64,000 nt of DNA. Source: Squalus acanthias (Eukaryota). The position numbers and the translations under genes were made by a program. Each line of letters begins with the position of its first letter. Position 1 is the stretch's first letter. The notes under the pieces were generated by a model that saw only the letters and a program-made list of their open reading frames with translations, did not search any database and was not told where the DNA came from. The stretch is taken from NCBI GenBank assembly GCA_030390025.1, contig CM059432.1:3534001-3598000 (forward strand), read 5' to 3'. Below, one piece after another: positions 10,601 through 25,600 of the stretch.

Positions 10601-13600
10601 AGCCCAACAACCCTCCCTCTCTCTCTGTAACCTCCTCCAGCCCGACAACGCTCCCCATCTCTAACTTCCTCCAGCCCCTACAACCCTCCCTATCTCTGTA
10701 ACCTACTCCAGCCCTACAACCCTCCCTATCTCTGTAGCCTCCTCCAATCCCTACAACCCTCTCCATCTTGGTAACCTCCGTCAGCCCTACAACCCTCCCT
10801 ATCTCTGTAACCTCCTCCAGCTCTACAACCCTCTTCATCTCTGTAACCTCCTCCAACCTACAACCCTCCCTATCTTTGTAACCACTTCCAGCCCTACAAC
10901 CCTCCTTATCTCTGTAAACTCCACCAGCCCTACAACCCTCCCTCTCTCTCTAACCTCCTCCAGCCTACAACCCTCCCTATCTCTATAACCTCCTCCAGCC
11001 CTACAACCCTCCCTATCTCTGTAACCTCTTCCAGCCCTACAACCCTCCCTATCTCTGTAACCTCCTCCAGCCCCTACAATGCTCCCTATCTCTGTAACCT
11101 ACTCCAGCCCTACAACCCTCCCTATCTCTGTAGCCTCCTCCAGCCCCTACAATCCTCTCCATCTCTGTAACCTCCTCCAGCCCTACAACCCTCTCCATCT
11201 TGGTAACCTCCGTCAGCCCTACAACCCTCCCTATCTCTGTAACCTCCTCCAGCCCTACAACCCTCTCCATCTTGGTAACCTCCGTCAGCCCTACAACTCT
11301 CCCTATCTCTGTAATCTCCTCCAGCCCTACCACCATCGCTATCTCTGTAACCTCCTCCAGCCCTACAACCCTCCTTAGCTCTGTAACCTCCGCTAGCCCT
11401 ACAACCCTCCCTATCTCTGTAACCTCCTCCAGCCCTACAACTCTCCTTAGCTCTGTAACCTCCTCTAGCCCGACAACCCTCCCTATCTCTGTAACCTCCT
11501 CCAGCCCTACAACTCTCCCTATCTCTGTAACCTCCTGCAGCCCTACAACCATCCCTTATCTCTGTAACCTCCTCCAGCCTTACAATCCTTCCTATCTCTG
11601 TAACTTCCTCCAGCCCCGACAACCCTCCTCATCTCTGTAACATCCTCCAGCCCTACAATCCTTCCTATCTCTGTAACCTCCTCCAGCCTACAACCCTCCC
11701 TATCTCTGTAACCTCCTCCAGCCCTACAACCCTCCCTATCTGTGTAACCTCCTCCAGCCCTACAACCCTCTCTCTCTCTCTCACCTCCTCCAGCCTACAA
11801 CCCTCCCTATCTTTGTAACCTCCTCCAGCCCTACAACACTCCCTATCTCTGTAACCTCCTCCACCCTACAACACTCCCTATCTCTGTAACCTCCTCCAGC
11901 CAATACAACCCTCCCTATCTCTGGAACCTCCTCCAGCCCTGCAACCCTCCCTATCTCTGTCACCTCTACCAGCCCCTACAACCCTCTAAATCTCTGTAAC
12001 CTCCTCCAGCCCTACAACCCTCTCCATCTTGGTAACCCCCGTCAGCCTTACAACCCTCCCTATCTCTGTAACCTCCTCCAGCCCCTACAACCCTCCCTAT
12101 CTCTGTAACCTCCTCCAGCTGACAACCCTCCCTATCTCTATAACCTCCTCCAGCCCTACTACCCTCCTCATCTCTGTAACCTCCACCAGCCTACAACCCT
12201 CCCTATCTCTGTAACCTTCTCCAGCCCTACAACTCTCCCTATCTCTGTAACCTCCTCCAGCCTACAACCCTCCCTATCTCTGTAACCTCCTCCAGCCCTA
12301 CAACCCTCCCTATCTCTGTAACCTCCTCCACCCTACAACACTCCCTATCTCTGTAACCTCCTCCAGCCCCTACAATCCTCCCTATATCTGTAACCTACTC
12401 CAGCCCTGCAACCCTCCCTATCTCCGTAGCCTCCTCCAGCCCTACAACCCTCCCTATCTGTGTAACCTCCTCCAGTCCTACAACCCTCCCTCTTTCTCTA
12501 ACCTCCTCCAGCCCAACAACCCTCCCTCTCTCTGTAACCTCCTCCAGCCCTACAACCCTCCCTCTCTCTCTAACCTCCTCCAGCCCAACAACCCTCCCTA
12601 TCTCTGTAACCTCCTCCAGCCCTACAACCCTCCCCATCTCTAACTTCCTCCAGCCCCTACAACCCTCCCTATCTCTGTAACCTCCTCCAGCCCTACAACC
12701 CTCCCTATCTCTGTAACCTCTTCCAGCTCTACAACCCTCCTCATCTCTGTAACCTCCTCCAACCTACAACCCTCCCTATCTCTGTAACCTCCTCCAGCCC
12801 TACAACCCTCCCTATCTCTGTAACCTCCTCCAGCCCTACAACCCTCCCTCTCTCTCTAACCTCCTCCAGCATACAACCCTCCCTATCTCTCTAACCTCCT
12901 CCAGCATACAACCCTCCCTATCTCTGTAACCTCCTCCAGCCCTACAACCCTCCCTATCTCTGTAACCTCCTCCAGCCTACAACCCTCTCTCTCTCTGTAA
13001 CCTCCTCCAGCCCTACAATTCTCCCTATCTCTGTAACTTCCTCCAGCCCTACAATCCTCCCTATCTCTGTAACTTCCTCCAGCACCTACAACCCTCCCTA
13101 TCTCTGTAACCTCCTCTAGCCCGACAAGATTCCCTATCTCTGTGACCTCCTCCAGCCGACAACCCTCCCTATCTCTATAACCTCCTCCAGCCCTTCAACC
13201 CTCCTTATCTCTGTAACCTTCTCCAGCCCTACAACTCTCCCTATCTCTGTAACCTCTTCAGGTCCTACAACCCTCCCTATCTCTGTAACCTCCTCCAGCC
13301 CCTACAACCCTCCCTATCTCTGTAACCACCTCCAGCCCCTACAACCCTCCCTATCTCTGTAACCTCCTCCAGCCCCTACAAGCCTCCCTATCTCTGTAAC
13401 CTCCTCCAGCCCCTACAACCCTCCCTATCTCTGTAACCTCCTCCAGCCCCTACAAGCCTCCCTATCTCTGTAACCTCCTCCAGCCCTACAGCCCTCCCTT
13501 ATCTCTGTAACCTCCTCCAGCCTTACAATCCTTCCTATCTCTGTAACTTCCTCCAGCCCCGACAACCCTCCTCATCTCTGTAACTCCTCCAGCCCTACAA

Positions 13601-16600
13601 TCCTTCCTATTTCTGTAACCTCCTCCAGCCCTACAAGTCTTCCTATCTCTGTAACCTCCTCCAGCCTACAACCCTCCCTATCTCTGTAACCTCCTCCAGC
13701 CCTACAACCCCCCCTGAACTCTGTGACCTCCTCCGGCCCTACAACTCTGCCTATCTCTGTAACCCCCTCCAGCCCGACAACCTTCCCTATCTCTGTAACC
13801 TTCTCCAGCCCCTACATCCCTCCCTATCTCTGTAACCTCCTCCAGCCCTACAACCCTCCCTTATCTCTGTAACCTCCTCCAGCCCTACAACCCTCCTTAT
13901 CTCTGTAACCTCCTCCAGCCCCGACAACCCTCCTCATCTCTGTAACATTCTCCAGCCCTACAACCCTCCCTATCTCTGTAACCTCCTCCAGCCTACAGCC
14001 CTCCCTTATCTCTGTAACCTCCTCCAGCCCTACAATCCTTCCTATCTCTGTAACCTCCTCCAGCCCCGACAACCCTCCTCATCTCTGTAACATTCTCCAG
14101 CCCTACAATCCTTCCTATTTCTGTAACCTCCTCCAGCCCTACAACTCTCCCTATCTCTGTAACCTCCTCCAGTGCTGCAACCCTCCCTATCTCTGGAACA
14201 TTCTCCAGCCCTACAGCCCTCCTTATCTCTGTAACCTCCACTAGCCCTACAGCACTCCCTTATCTCTGTAACCTCCTCCAGCCCTACAATCCTCCCTATC
14301 TCCGTAGCCTCCTCCAGCCCTACAACCCTCCCTATCTGTGTAACCTCCTCCAGTCCTACAACCCTCCCTCTTTCTCTAACCTCCTCCAGCCCAACAACCC
14401 TCCCTCTCTCTGTAACCTCCTCCAGCCCTACAACCCTACCCATCTCTAACTTCCTCCAGTCCTACAACCCTCCCTCTTTCTCTAACCTCCTCCAGCCCAA
14501 CAACCCTCCCTCTCTCTGTAACCTCCTCCAGCCCTACAACCCTCCCTCTCTCTCTAACCTCCTCCAGCCCAACAACCCTCCCTATCTCTGTAACCTCCTC
14601 CAGCCCTACAACCCTCCCCATCTCTAACTTCCTCCAGCCCCTACAACCCTCCCTATCTCTGTAACCTCCTCCAGCCCTACAACCCTCCCTATCTCTGTAA
14701 CCTCTTCCAGCTCTACAACCCTCCTCATCTCTGTAACCTCCTCCAACCTACAACCCTCCCTATCTCTGTAACCTCCTCCAGCCCTACAACCCTCCCTATC
14801 TCTGTAACCTCCTCCAGCCCTACAACCCTCCCTCTCTCTCTAACCTCCTCCAGCATACAACCCTCCCTATCTCTGTAACCTCCTCCAGCCCTACAACCCT
14901 CCCTATCTCTGTAACCTCCTCCAGCCTACAACCCTCTCTCTCTCTGTAACCTCCTCCAGCCCTACAATTCTCCCTATCTCTGTAACTTCCTCCAGCCCCT
15001 ACAATCCTCCCTATCTCTGTAACTTCCTCCAGCACCTACAACCCTCCCTATCTCTGTAACCTCCTCTAGCCCGACAAGATTCCCTATCTCTGTGACCTCC
15101 TCCAGCCGACAACCCTCCCTATCTCTATAACCTCCTCCAGCCCTTCAACCCTCCTTATCTCTGTAACCTTCTCCAGCCCTACAACTCTCCCTATCTCTGT
15201 AACCTCTTCAGGTCCTACAACCCTCCCTATCTCTGTAACCTCCTCCAGCCCCTACAACCCTCCCTATCTCTGTAACCACCTCCAGCCCCTACAACCCTCC
15301 CTATCTCTGTAACCTCCTCCAGCCCCTACAAGCCTCCCTATCTCTGTAACCTCCTCCAGCCCCTACAACCCTCCCTATCTCTGTAACCTCCTCCAGCCCC
15401 TACAAGCCTCCCTATCTCTGTAACCTCCTCCAGCCCTACAGCCCTCCCTTATCTCTGTAACCTCCTCCAGCCTTACAATCCTTCCTATCTCTGTAACTTC
15501 CTCCAGCCCCGACAACCCTCCTCATCTCTGTAACTCCTCCAGCCCTACAATCCTTCCTATTTCTGTAACCTCCTCCAGCCCTACAAGTCTTCCTATCTCT
15601 GTAACCTCCTCCAGCCTACAACCCTCCCTATCTCTGTAACCTCCTCCAGCCCTACAACCCCCCCTGAACTCTGTGACCTCCTCCGGCCCTACAACTCTGC
15701 CTATCTCTGTAACCCCCTCCAGCCCGACAACCTTCCCTATCTCTGTAACCTTCTCCAGCCCCTACATCCCTCCCTATCTCTGTAACCTCCTCCAGCCCTA
15801 CAACCCTCCCTTATCTCTGTAACCTCCTCCAGCCCTACAACCCTCCTTATCTCTGTAACCTCCTCCAGCCCCGACAACCCTCCTCATCTCTGTAACATTC
15901 TCCAGCCCTACAACCCTCCCTATCTCTGTAACCTCCTCCAGCCTACAGCCCTCCCTTATCTCTGTAACCTCCTCCAGCCCTACAATCCTTCCTATCTCTG
16001 TAACCTCCTCCAGCCCCGACAACCCTCCTCATCTCTGTAACATTCTCCAGCCCTACAATCCTTCCTATTTCTGTAACCTCCTCCAGCCCTACAACTCTCC
16101 CTATCTCTGTAACCTCCTCCAGTGCTGCAACCCTCCCTATCTCTGTAACATTCTCCAGCCCTACAGCCCTCCTTATCTCTGTAACCTCCACTAGCCCTAC
16201 AGCCCTCCCTTATCTCTGTAACCTCCTCCAGCCCTACAATCCTCCCTATATTTGTAACCTACTCCAGCCCTGCAACCCTCCCTATCTCCGTAGCCTCCTC
16301 CAGCCCTACAACCCTCCCTATCTGTGTAACCTCCTCCAGTCCTACAACCCTCCCTCTTTCTCTAACCTCCTCCAGCCCAACAACCCTCCCTCTCTCTGTA
16401 ACCTCCTCCAGCCCTACAACCCTACCCATCTCTAACTTCCTCCAGCCCCTACAACCCTCCCTTTCTCTGTAACCTCCTGCAGCCCTACAACCCTCCCTAT
16501 CTGTGTAACCTCCTCCAGCCCTACAACCCTCCCTCTCTCTCTAACCTCCTCAAGCCCTACAACCCTCCCTCTCTCTGTAACCTCCTCCAGCCCTACAACC

Positions 16601-19600
16601 CTCCCCATCTCTAACTTCCTCCAGCCCTACAACCCTCCTCATCTCTGTTACCTCCACCAGCCTACAACCCTCCCTATCTCTGTAACCTCCTCCAGCCATA
16701 CAACCCTCCCTATCTCTGTAACCTCCTCCACCCTACAACACTCCCTATCTCTGTAACCTCCTCCAGCCCCTACAATCCTCCCTATCTCTCTAACCTACTC
16801 CAGCCCTGCAACCCTCCCTATCTCTGTAACCTCCTCCAGCCCTAACAACCCTCCCTATCTCTGTAACCTCCTCCAGCCTACAACCCTCTCCATCTTGGTA
16901 ACCTCCGTCAGCCCTACAACCCTCCCTATCTCTGTAACCTCCTCCACCCCTACAACTCTCTCCATCTCTGTAACCTCCTCCAGCCCCTACAACCCTCCCT
17001 ATCTCTGTAACCTCCTCCAGCCCTACAACTCTACCTATCTCTGTAACCTCCTGCAGTCCTACAACCCTCTCTATCTGTGTAACCTCCTCCAGCCCTAACA
17101 ACCCTCCCTATCTCTGTAACCTCCTCCAGCCTACAACCCTCTCCATCTTGGTAACCTCCGTCAGCCCTACAACCCTCCCTATCTCTGTAACCTCCTCCAC
17201 CCCTACAGCTCTCTCCATCTCTGTAACCTCCTCCACCCCTACAATCCTCCCTATCTCTGTAACCTACTCCAGCCCTGCAACCCTCCCTATCTCTGTAACC
17301 TCCTCCAGCCCTAACAACCCTCCCTATCTCTGTAACCTCCTCCAGCCTACAACCCTCTCCATCTTGGTAACCTCCGTCAGCCCTACAACCCTCCCTATCT
17401 CTGTAACCTCCTCCACCCCTACAACTCTCTCCATCTCTGTAACCTCCTCCAGCCCCTACAACCCTCCCTATCTCTGTAACCTCCTCCAGCCCTACAACCC
17501 TCCCTCTCTCTCTAACCTCCTCCAGCATACAACCCTCCCTATCTCTGTAACCTCCTCCAGCCCTACAACCCTCCCTATCTCTGTAACCTCCTCCAGCCTA
17601 CAACCCTCTCTCTCTCTGTAACCTCCTCCAGCCCTACAATTCTCCCTATCTCTGTAACTTCCTCCAGCCCCTACAACCCTCCCTCTCTCTCTAACCTCCT
17701 CAAGCCCTACAACCCTCCCTCTCTCTGTAACCTCCTCCAGCCCTACAACCCTCCCCATCTCTAACTTCCTCCAGCCCTACAACCCTCCTCATCTCTGTTA
17801 CCTCCACCAGCCTACAACCCTCCCTATCTCTGTAACCTCCTCCAGCCATACAACCCTCCCTATCTCTGTAACCTCCTCCACCCTACAACACTCCCTATCT
17901 CTGTAACCTCCTCCAGCCCCTACAATCCTCCCTATCTCTCTAACCTACTCCAGCCCTGCAACCCTCCCTATCTCTGTAACCTCCTCCAGCCCTAACAACC
18001 CTCCCTATCTCTGTAACCTCCTCCAGCCTACAACCCTCTCCATCTTGGTAACCTCCGTCAGCCCTACAACCCTCCCTATCTCTGTAACCTCCTCCACCCC
18101 TACAACTCTCTCCATCTCTGTAACCTCCTCCAGCCCCTACAACCCTCCCTATCTCTGTAACCTCCTCCAGCCCTACAACTCTACCTATCTCTGTAACCTC
18201 CTGCAGTCCTACAACCCTCTCTATCTGTGTAACCTCCTCCAGCCCTAACAACCCTCCCTATCTCTGTAACCTCCTCCAGCCTACAACCCTCTCCATCTTG
18301 GTAACCTCCGTCAGCCCTACAACCCTCCCTATCTCTGTAACCTCCTCCACCCCTACAGCTCTCTCCATCTCTGTAACCTCCTCCACCCCTACAATCCTCC
18401 CTATCTCTGTAACCTACTCCAGCCCTGCAACCCTCCCTATCTCTGTAACCTCCTCCAGCCCTAACAACCCTCCCTATCTCTGTAACCTCCTCCAGCCTAC
18501 AACCCTCTCCATCTTGGTAACCTCCGTCAGCCCTACAACCCTCCCTATCTCTGTAACCTCCTCCACCCCTACAACTCTCTCCATCTCTGTAACCTCCTCC
18601 AGCCCCTACAACCCTCCCTATCTCTGTAACCTCCTCCAGCCCTACAACCCTCCCTCTCTCTCTAACCTCCTCCAGCATACAACCCTCCCTATCTCTGTAA
18701 CCTCCTCCAGCCCTACAACCCTCCCTATCTCTGTAACCTCCTCCAGCCTACAACCCTCTCTCTCTCTGTAACCTCCTCCAGCCCTACAATTCTCCCTATC
18801 TCTGTAACTTCCTCCAGCCCCTACAACCCTCCCTATCTCTGTAACCTCCTCCAGCCCTACAATCCTCCCTATCTCTGTAACTTCCTCCAGCCCCTACAAC
18901 CCTCCCTATCTCTGTAACCTCCTCTAGCCCGACAAGATTCCCTATCTCTGTAACCTCCTCCAGCCGACAACCCTCCCTATCTCTATAACCTCCTCCAGCC
19001 CTTCAACCCTCCTTATCTCTGTAACCTTCTCCAGCCCTACAACTCTCCCTATCTCTGTAACCTCTTCAAGTCCTACAACCCTCCCTATCTCTGTAATCTC
19101 CTCCAGCCCCTACAACCCTCCCTATCTCTGTAACCTCCTCCAGCCCCTACAAGCCTCCCTATCTCTGTAACCTCCTCCAGCCCCTACAACCCTCCCTATC
19201 TCTGTAACCTGCTCCAGCCCCTACAAGCCTCCCTAGCTCTGTAACCTCCTCCAGCCCTACAGCCCTCCCTTATCTCTGTAACCTCCTCCAGCCTTACAAT
19301 CCTTCCTATCTCTGTAACTTCCTCCAGCCCCGACAACCCTCCTCATCTCTGTAACATCCTCCAGCCCTACAATCCTTCCTATTTCTGTAACCTCCTCCAG
19401 CCCTACAAGTCTTCCTATCTCTGTAACCTCCTCCAGCCTACAACCCTCCCTATCTCTGTAACCTCCTCCAGCCCTACAACCCCCCCTGAACTCTGTGACC
19501 TCCTCCGGCCCTACAACTCTGCCTATCTCTGTAACCCCCTCCAGCCCGACAACCTTCCCTATCTCTGTAACCTTCTCCAGCCCCTACATCCCTCCCTATC

Positions 19601-22600
19601 TCTGTAACCTCCTCCAGCCCTACAACCCTCCCTTATCTCTGTAAGCTCCTCCAGCCCTACAACCCTCCTTATCTCTGTAACCTCTTGTAGTCCGACAACC
19701 CTCCCTATCTCTGTAACATTCTCCAGCCCTACAGCCCTCCTTATCTCTGTAACCTCCACGAGCCCTACAGCCCTCCCTTATCTCTGTAACCTCCTCCAGC
19801 CCTACAATCCTTCCTATCTCTGTAACCTCCTCCAGCCCCGACAACCCTCCTCATCTCTGTAACATTCTCCAGCCCTACAACCCTCCCTATCTCTGTAACC
19901 TCCTCCAGCCCTACAACCCTCCCTCTCTCTGTAACCTCCTCCACCCTACAACACTCCCTATCTCTGTAACCTCCTCCAGCCTACAACCCTCCCTATCTCT
20001 GTAACCTCCTCCAGCCCTACAACCCTCCCTATCTCTGTAACCTCCTCCACCCTACAACACTCCCTATCACTGTAACCTCCTCCAGCCCCTACAATCCTCC
20101 CTATATCTGTAACCTACTCCAGCCCTGCAACCCTCCCTATCTCCGTAGCCTCCTCCAGCCCTACAACCCTCCCTATCTGTGTAACCTCCTCCAGTCCTAC
20201 AACCCTCCCTCTTTCTCTAACCTCCTCCAGCCCAACAACCATCCCTCTCTCTGTAACCTCCTCCAGCCCTACAACCCTCCCCATCTCTAACTTCCTCCAG
20301 CCCCTACAACCCTCCCTTTCTCTGTAACCTCCTGCAGCCCTACAACCCTCCCTATCTGTGTAACCTCCTCCAGCCCTACAACCCTCCCTCTCTCTCTAAC
20401 CTCCTCAAGCCCTACAACCCTCCCTCTCTCTGTAACCTCCTCCAGCCCTACAACCCTCCCCATCTCTAACTTCCTCCAGCCCTACAACCCTCCTCATCTC
20501 TGTTACCTCCACCAGCCTACAACCCTCCCTATCTCTGTAACCTCCTCCAGCCATACAACCCTCCCTATCTCTGTAACCTCCTCCAGCCTACAACCCTCTC
20601 CATCTTGGTAACCTCCGTCAGCCCTACAACCCTCCCTATCTCTGTAACCTCCTCCACCCCTACAACTCTCTCCATCTCTGTAACCTCCTCCAGCCCCTAC
20701 AACCCTCCCTATCTCTGTAACCTCCTCCAGCCCTACAACTCTACCTATCTCTGTAACCTCCTGCAGTCCTACAACCCTCTCTATCTGTGTAACCTCCTCC
20801 AGCCCTAACAACCCTCCCTATCTCTGTAACCTCCTCCAGCCTACAACCCTCTCCATCTTGGTAACCTCCGTCAGCCCTACAACCCTCCCTATCTCTGTAA
20901 CCTCCTCCACCCCTACAGCTCTCTCCATCTCTGTAACCTCCTCCACCCCTACAATCCTCCCTATCTCTGTAACCTACTCCAGCCCTGCAACCCTCCCTAT
21001 CTCTGTAACCTCCTCCAGCCCTAACAACCCTCCCTATCTCTGTAACCTCCTCCAGCCTACAACCCTCTCCATCTTGGTAACCTCCGTCAGCCCTACAACC
21101 CTGCCTATCTCTGTAACCTCCTCCACCCCTACAACTCTCTCCATCTCTGTAACCTCCTCCAGCCCCTACAACCCTCCCTATCTCTGTAACCTCCTCCAGC
21201 CCTACAACCCTCCCTCTCTCTCTAACCTCCTCCAGCATACAACCCTCCCTATCTCTGTAACCTCCTCCAGCCCTACAACCCTCCCTATCTCTGTAACCTC
21301 CTCCAGCCTACAACCCTCTCTCTCTCTGTAACCTCCTCCAGCCCTACAATTCTCCCTATCTCTGTAACTTCCTCCAGCCCCTACAACCCTCCCTATCTCT
21401 GTAACCTCCTCCAGCCCTACAATCCTCCCTATCTCTGTAACTTCCTCCAGCCCCTACAACCCTCCCTATCTCTGTAACCTCCTCTAGCCCGACAAGATTC
21501 CCTATCTCTGTAACCTCCTCCAGCCGACAACCCTCCCTATCTCTATAACCTCCTCCAGCCCTTCAACCCTCCTTATCTCTGTAACCTTCTCCAGCCCTAC
21601 AACTCTCCCTATCTCTGTAACCTCTTCAAGTCCTACAACCCTCCCTATCTCTGTAATCTCCTCCAGCCCCTACAACCCTCCCTATCTCTGTAACCTCCTC
21701 CAGCCCCTACAAGCCTCCCTATCTCTGTAACCTCCTCCAGCCCCTACAACCCTCCCTATCTCTGTAACCTGCTCCAGCCCCTACAAGCCTCCCTAGCTCT
21801 GTAACCTCCTCCAGCCCTACAGCCCTCCCTTATCTCTGTAACCTCCTCCAGCCTTACAATCCTTCCTATCTCTGTAACTTCCTCCAGCCCCGACAACCCT
21901 CCTCATCTCTGTAACATCCTCCAGCCCTACAATCCTTCCTATTTCTGTAACCTCCTCCAGCCCTACAAGTCTTCCTATCTCTGTAACCTCCTCCAGCCTA
22001 CAACCCTCCCTATCTCTGTAACCTCCTCCAGCCCTACAACCCCCCCTGAACTCTGTGACCTCCTCCGGCCCTACAACTCTGCCTATCTCTGTAACCCCCT
22101 CCAGCCCGACAACCTTCCCTATCTCTGTAACCTTCTCCAGCCCCTACATCCCTCCCTATCTCTGTAACCTCCTCCAGCCCTACAACCCTCCCTTATCTCT
22201 GTAAGCTCCTCCAGCCCTACAACCCTCCTTATCTCTGTAACCTCTTGTAGTCCGACAACCCTCCCTATATCTGTAACCTCCTCCAGCCCCTACAACCCTC
22301 CCTATCTCTGTAACCTCCTCCAGCCTACAGCCCTCCCTTATCTCTGTAACCTCCTCCAGCCCTACAATCCTTCCTATCTCTGTAACCTCCTCCAGCCCCG
22401 ACAACCCTCCTCATCTCTGTAACATTCTCCAGCCCTACAATCCTTCCTATTTCTGTAACCTCCTCCAGCCCTACAACTCTCCCTATCTCTGTAACCTCCT
22501 CCAGTGCTGCAACCCTCCCTATCTCTGTAACATTCTCCAGCCCTACAGCCCTCCTTATCTCTGTAACCTCCACCAGCCCTACAGCCCTCCCTTATCTCTG

Positions 22601-25600
22601 TAACCTCCTCCAGCCCTACAATCCTTCCTATCTCTGTAACCTCCTCCAGCCCCGACAACCCTCCTCATCTCTGTAACATTCTCCAGCCCTACAACCCTCC
22701 CTATCTCTGTAACCTCCTCCAGCCCTACAACCCTCCCTCTCTCTGTAACCTCCTCCACCCTACAACACTCCCTATCTCTGTAACCTCCTCCAGCCTACAA
22801 CCCTCCCTATCTCTGTAACCTCCTCCAGCCCTACAACCCTCCCTATCTCTGTAACCTCCTCCACCCTACAACACTCCCTATCACTGTAACCTCCTCCAGC
22901 CCCTACAATCCTCCCTATATCTGTAACCTACTCCAGCCCTGCAACCCTCCCTATCTCCGTAGCCTCCTCCAGCCCTACAACCCTCCCTATCTGTGTAACC
23001 TCCTCCAGTCCTACAACCCTCCCTCTTTCTCTAACCTCCTCCAGCCCAACAACCCTCCCTCTCTCTGTAACCTCCTCCAGCCCTACAACCCTCCCCATCT
23101 CTAACTTCCTCCAGCCCCTACAACCCTCCCTTTCTCTGTAACCTCCTGCAGCCCTACAACCCTCCCTATCTGTGTAACCTCCTCCAGCCCTACAACCCTC
23201 CCTCTCTCTCTAACCTCCTCAAGCCCTACAACCCTCCCTCTCTCTGTAACCTCCTCCAGCCCTACAACCCTCCCCATCTCTAACTTCCTCCAGCCCTACA
23301 ACCCTCCTCATCTCTGTTACCTCCACCAGCCTACAACCCTCCCTATCTCTGTAACCTCCTCCAGCCATACAACCCTCCCTATCTCTGTAACCTCCTCCAC
23401 CCTACAACACTCCCTATCTCTGTAACCTCCTCCAGCCCCTACAATCCTCCCTATCTCTGTAACCTCCTCCAGCCTACAGCCCTCCCTTATCTCTGTAACC
23501 TCCTCCAGCCCTACAATCCTTCCTATCTCTGTAACCTCCTCCAGCCCTACAACCCTCCCCATCTCTAACTTCCTCCAGCCCTACAACCCTCCTCATCTCT
23601 GTTACCTCCACCAGCCTACAACCCTCCCTATCTCTGTAACCTCCTCCAGCCATACAACCCTCCCTATCTCTGTAACCTCCTCCACCCTACAACACTCCCT
23701 ATCTCTGTAACCTCCTCCAGCCCCTACAATCCTCCCTATCTCTGTAACCTACTCCAGCCCTGCAACCCTCCCTATCTCTGTAACCTCCTCCAGCCCTAAC
23801 AACCCTCCCTATCTCTGTAACCTCCTCCAGCCTACAACCCTCTCCATCTTGGTAACCTCCGTCAGCCCTACAACCCTCCCTATCTCTGTAACCTCCTCCA
23901 CCCCTACAACTCTCTCCATCTCTGTAACCTCCTCCAGCCCCTACAACCCTCCCTATCTCTGTAACCTCCTCCAGCCCTACAACTCTACCTATCTCTGTAA
24001 CCTCCTGCAGTCCTACAACCCTCTCTATCTGTGTAACCTCCTCCAGCCCTAACAACCCTCCCTGTCTCTGTAACCTCCTCCAGCCTACAACCCTCTCCAT
24101 CTTGGTAACCTCCGTCAGCCCTACAACCCTCCCTATCTCTGTAACCTCCTCCACCCCTACAGCTCTCTCCATCTCTGTAACCTCCTCCAGCCCCTACAAT
24201 CCTCCCTATCTCTGTAACCTACTCCAGCCCTGCAACCCTCCCTATCTCTGTAACCTCCTCCAGCCCTAACAACCCTCCCTATCTCTGTAACCTCCTCCAG
24301 CCTACAACCCTCTCCATCTTGGTAACCTCCGTCAGCCCTACAACCCTCCCTATCTCTGTAACCTCCTCCACCCCTACAACTCTCTCCATCTCTGTAACCT
24401 CCTCCAGCCCCTACAACCCTCCCTATCTCTGTAACCTCCTCCAGCCCTACAACCCTCCCTCTCTCTCTAACCTCCTCCAGCATACAACCCTCCCTATCTC
24501 TGTAACCTCCTCCAGCCCTACAACCCTCCCTATCTCTGTAACCTCCTCCAGCCTACAACCCTCTCTCTCTCTGTAACCTCCTCCAGCCCTACAATTCTCC
24601 CTATCTCTGTAACTTCCTCCAGCCCCTACAACCCTCCCTATCTCTGTAACCTCCTCCAGCCCTACAATCCTCCCTATCTCTGTAACTTCCTCCAGCCCCT
24701 ACAACCCTCCCTATCTCTGTAACCTCCTCTAGCCCGACAAGATTCCCTATCTCTGTAACCTCCTCCAGCCGACAACCCTCCCTATCTCTATAACCTCCTC
24801 CAGCCCTTCAACCCTCCTTATCTCTGTAACCTTCTCCAGCCCTACAACTCTCCCTATCTCTGTAACCTCTTCAAGTCCTACAACCCTCCCTATCTCTGTA
24901 ATCTCCTCCAGCCCCTACAACCCTCCCTATCTCTGTAACCTCCTCCAGCCCCTACAACCCTCCCTATCTCTGTAACCTCCTCCAGCCCCTACAAGCCTCC
25001 CTATCTCTGTAACCTCCTCCAGCCCTACAGCCCTCCCTTATCTCTGTAACCTCCTCCAGCCTTACAATCCTTCCTATCTCTGTAACTTCCTCCAGCCCCT
25101 ACAACCCTCCCTATCTCTGTAACCTCCTCCAGCCCTACAAACCTTCCTATTTCTGTAACCTCCTCCAGCCCTACAAGTCTTCCTATCTCTGTAACCTCCT
25201 CCAGCCTACAACCCTCCCTATCTCTGTAACCTCCTCCAGCCCTACAACCCCCCCTGAACTCTGTGACCTCCTCCGGCCCTACAACTCTGCCTATCTCTGT
25301 AACCCCCTCCAGCCCGACAACCTTCCCTATCTCTGTAACCTTCTCCAGCCCCTACATCCCTCCCTATCTCTGTAACCTCCTCCAGCCCTACAACCCTCCC
25401 TTATCTCTGTAACCTCCTCCAGCCCTACAACCCTCCTTATCTCTGTAACCTCTTGTAGTCCGACAACCCTCCCTATATCTGTAACCTCCTCCAGCCCCTA
25501 CAACCCTCCCTATCTCTGTAACCTCCTCCAGCCTACAGCCCTCCCTTATCTCTGTAACCTCCTCCAGCCCTACAATCCTTCCTATCTCTGTAACCTCCTC

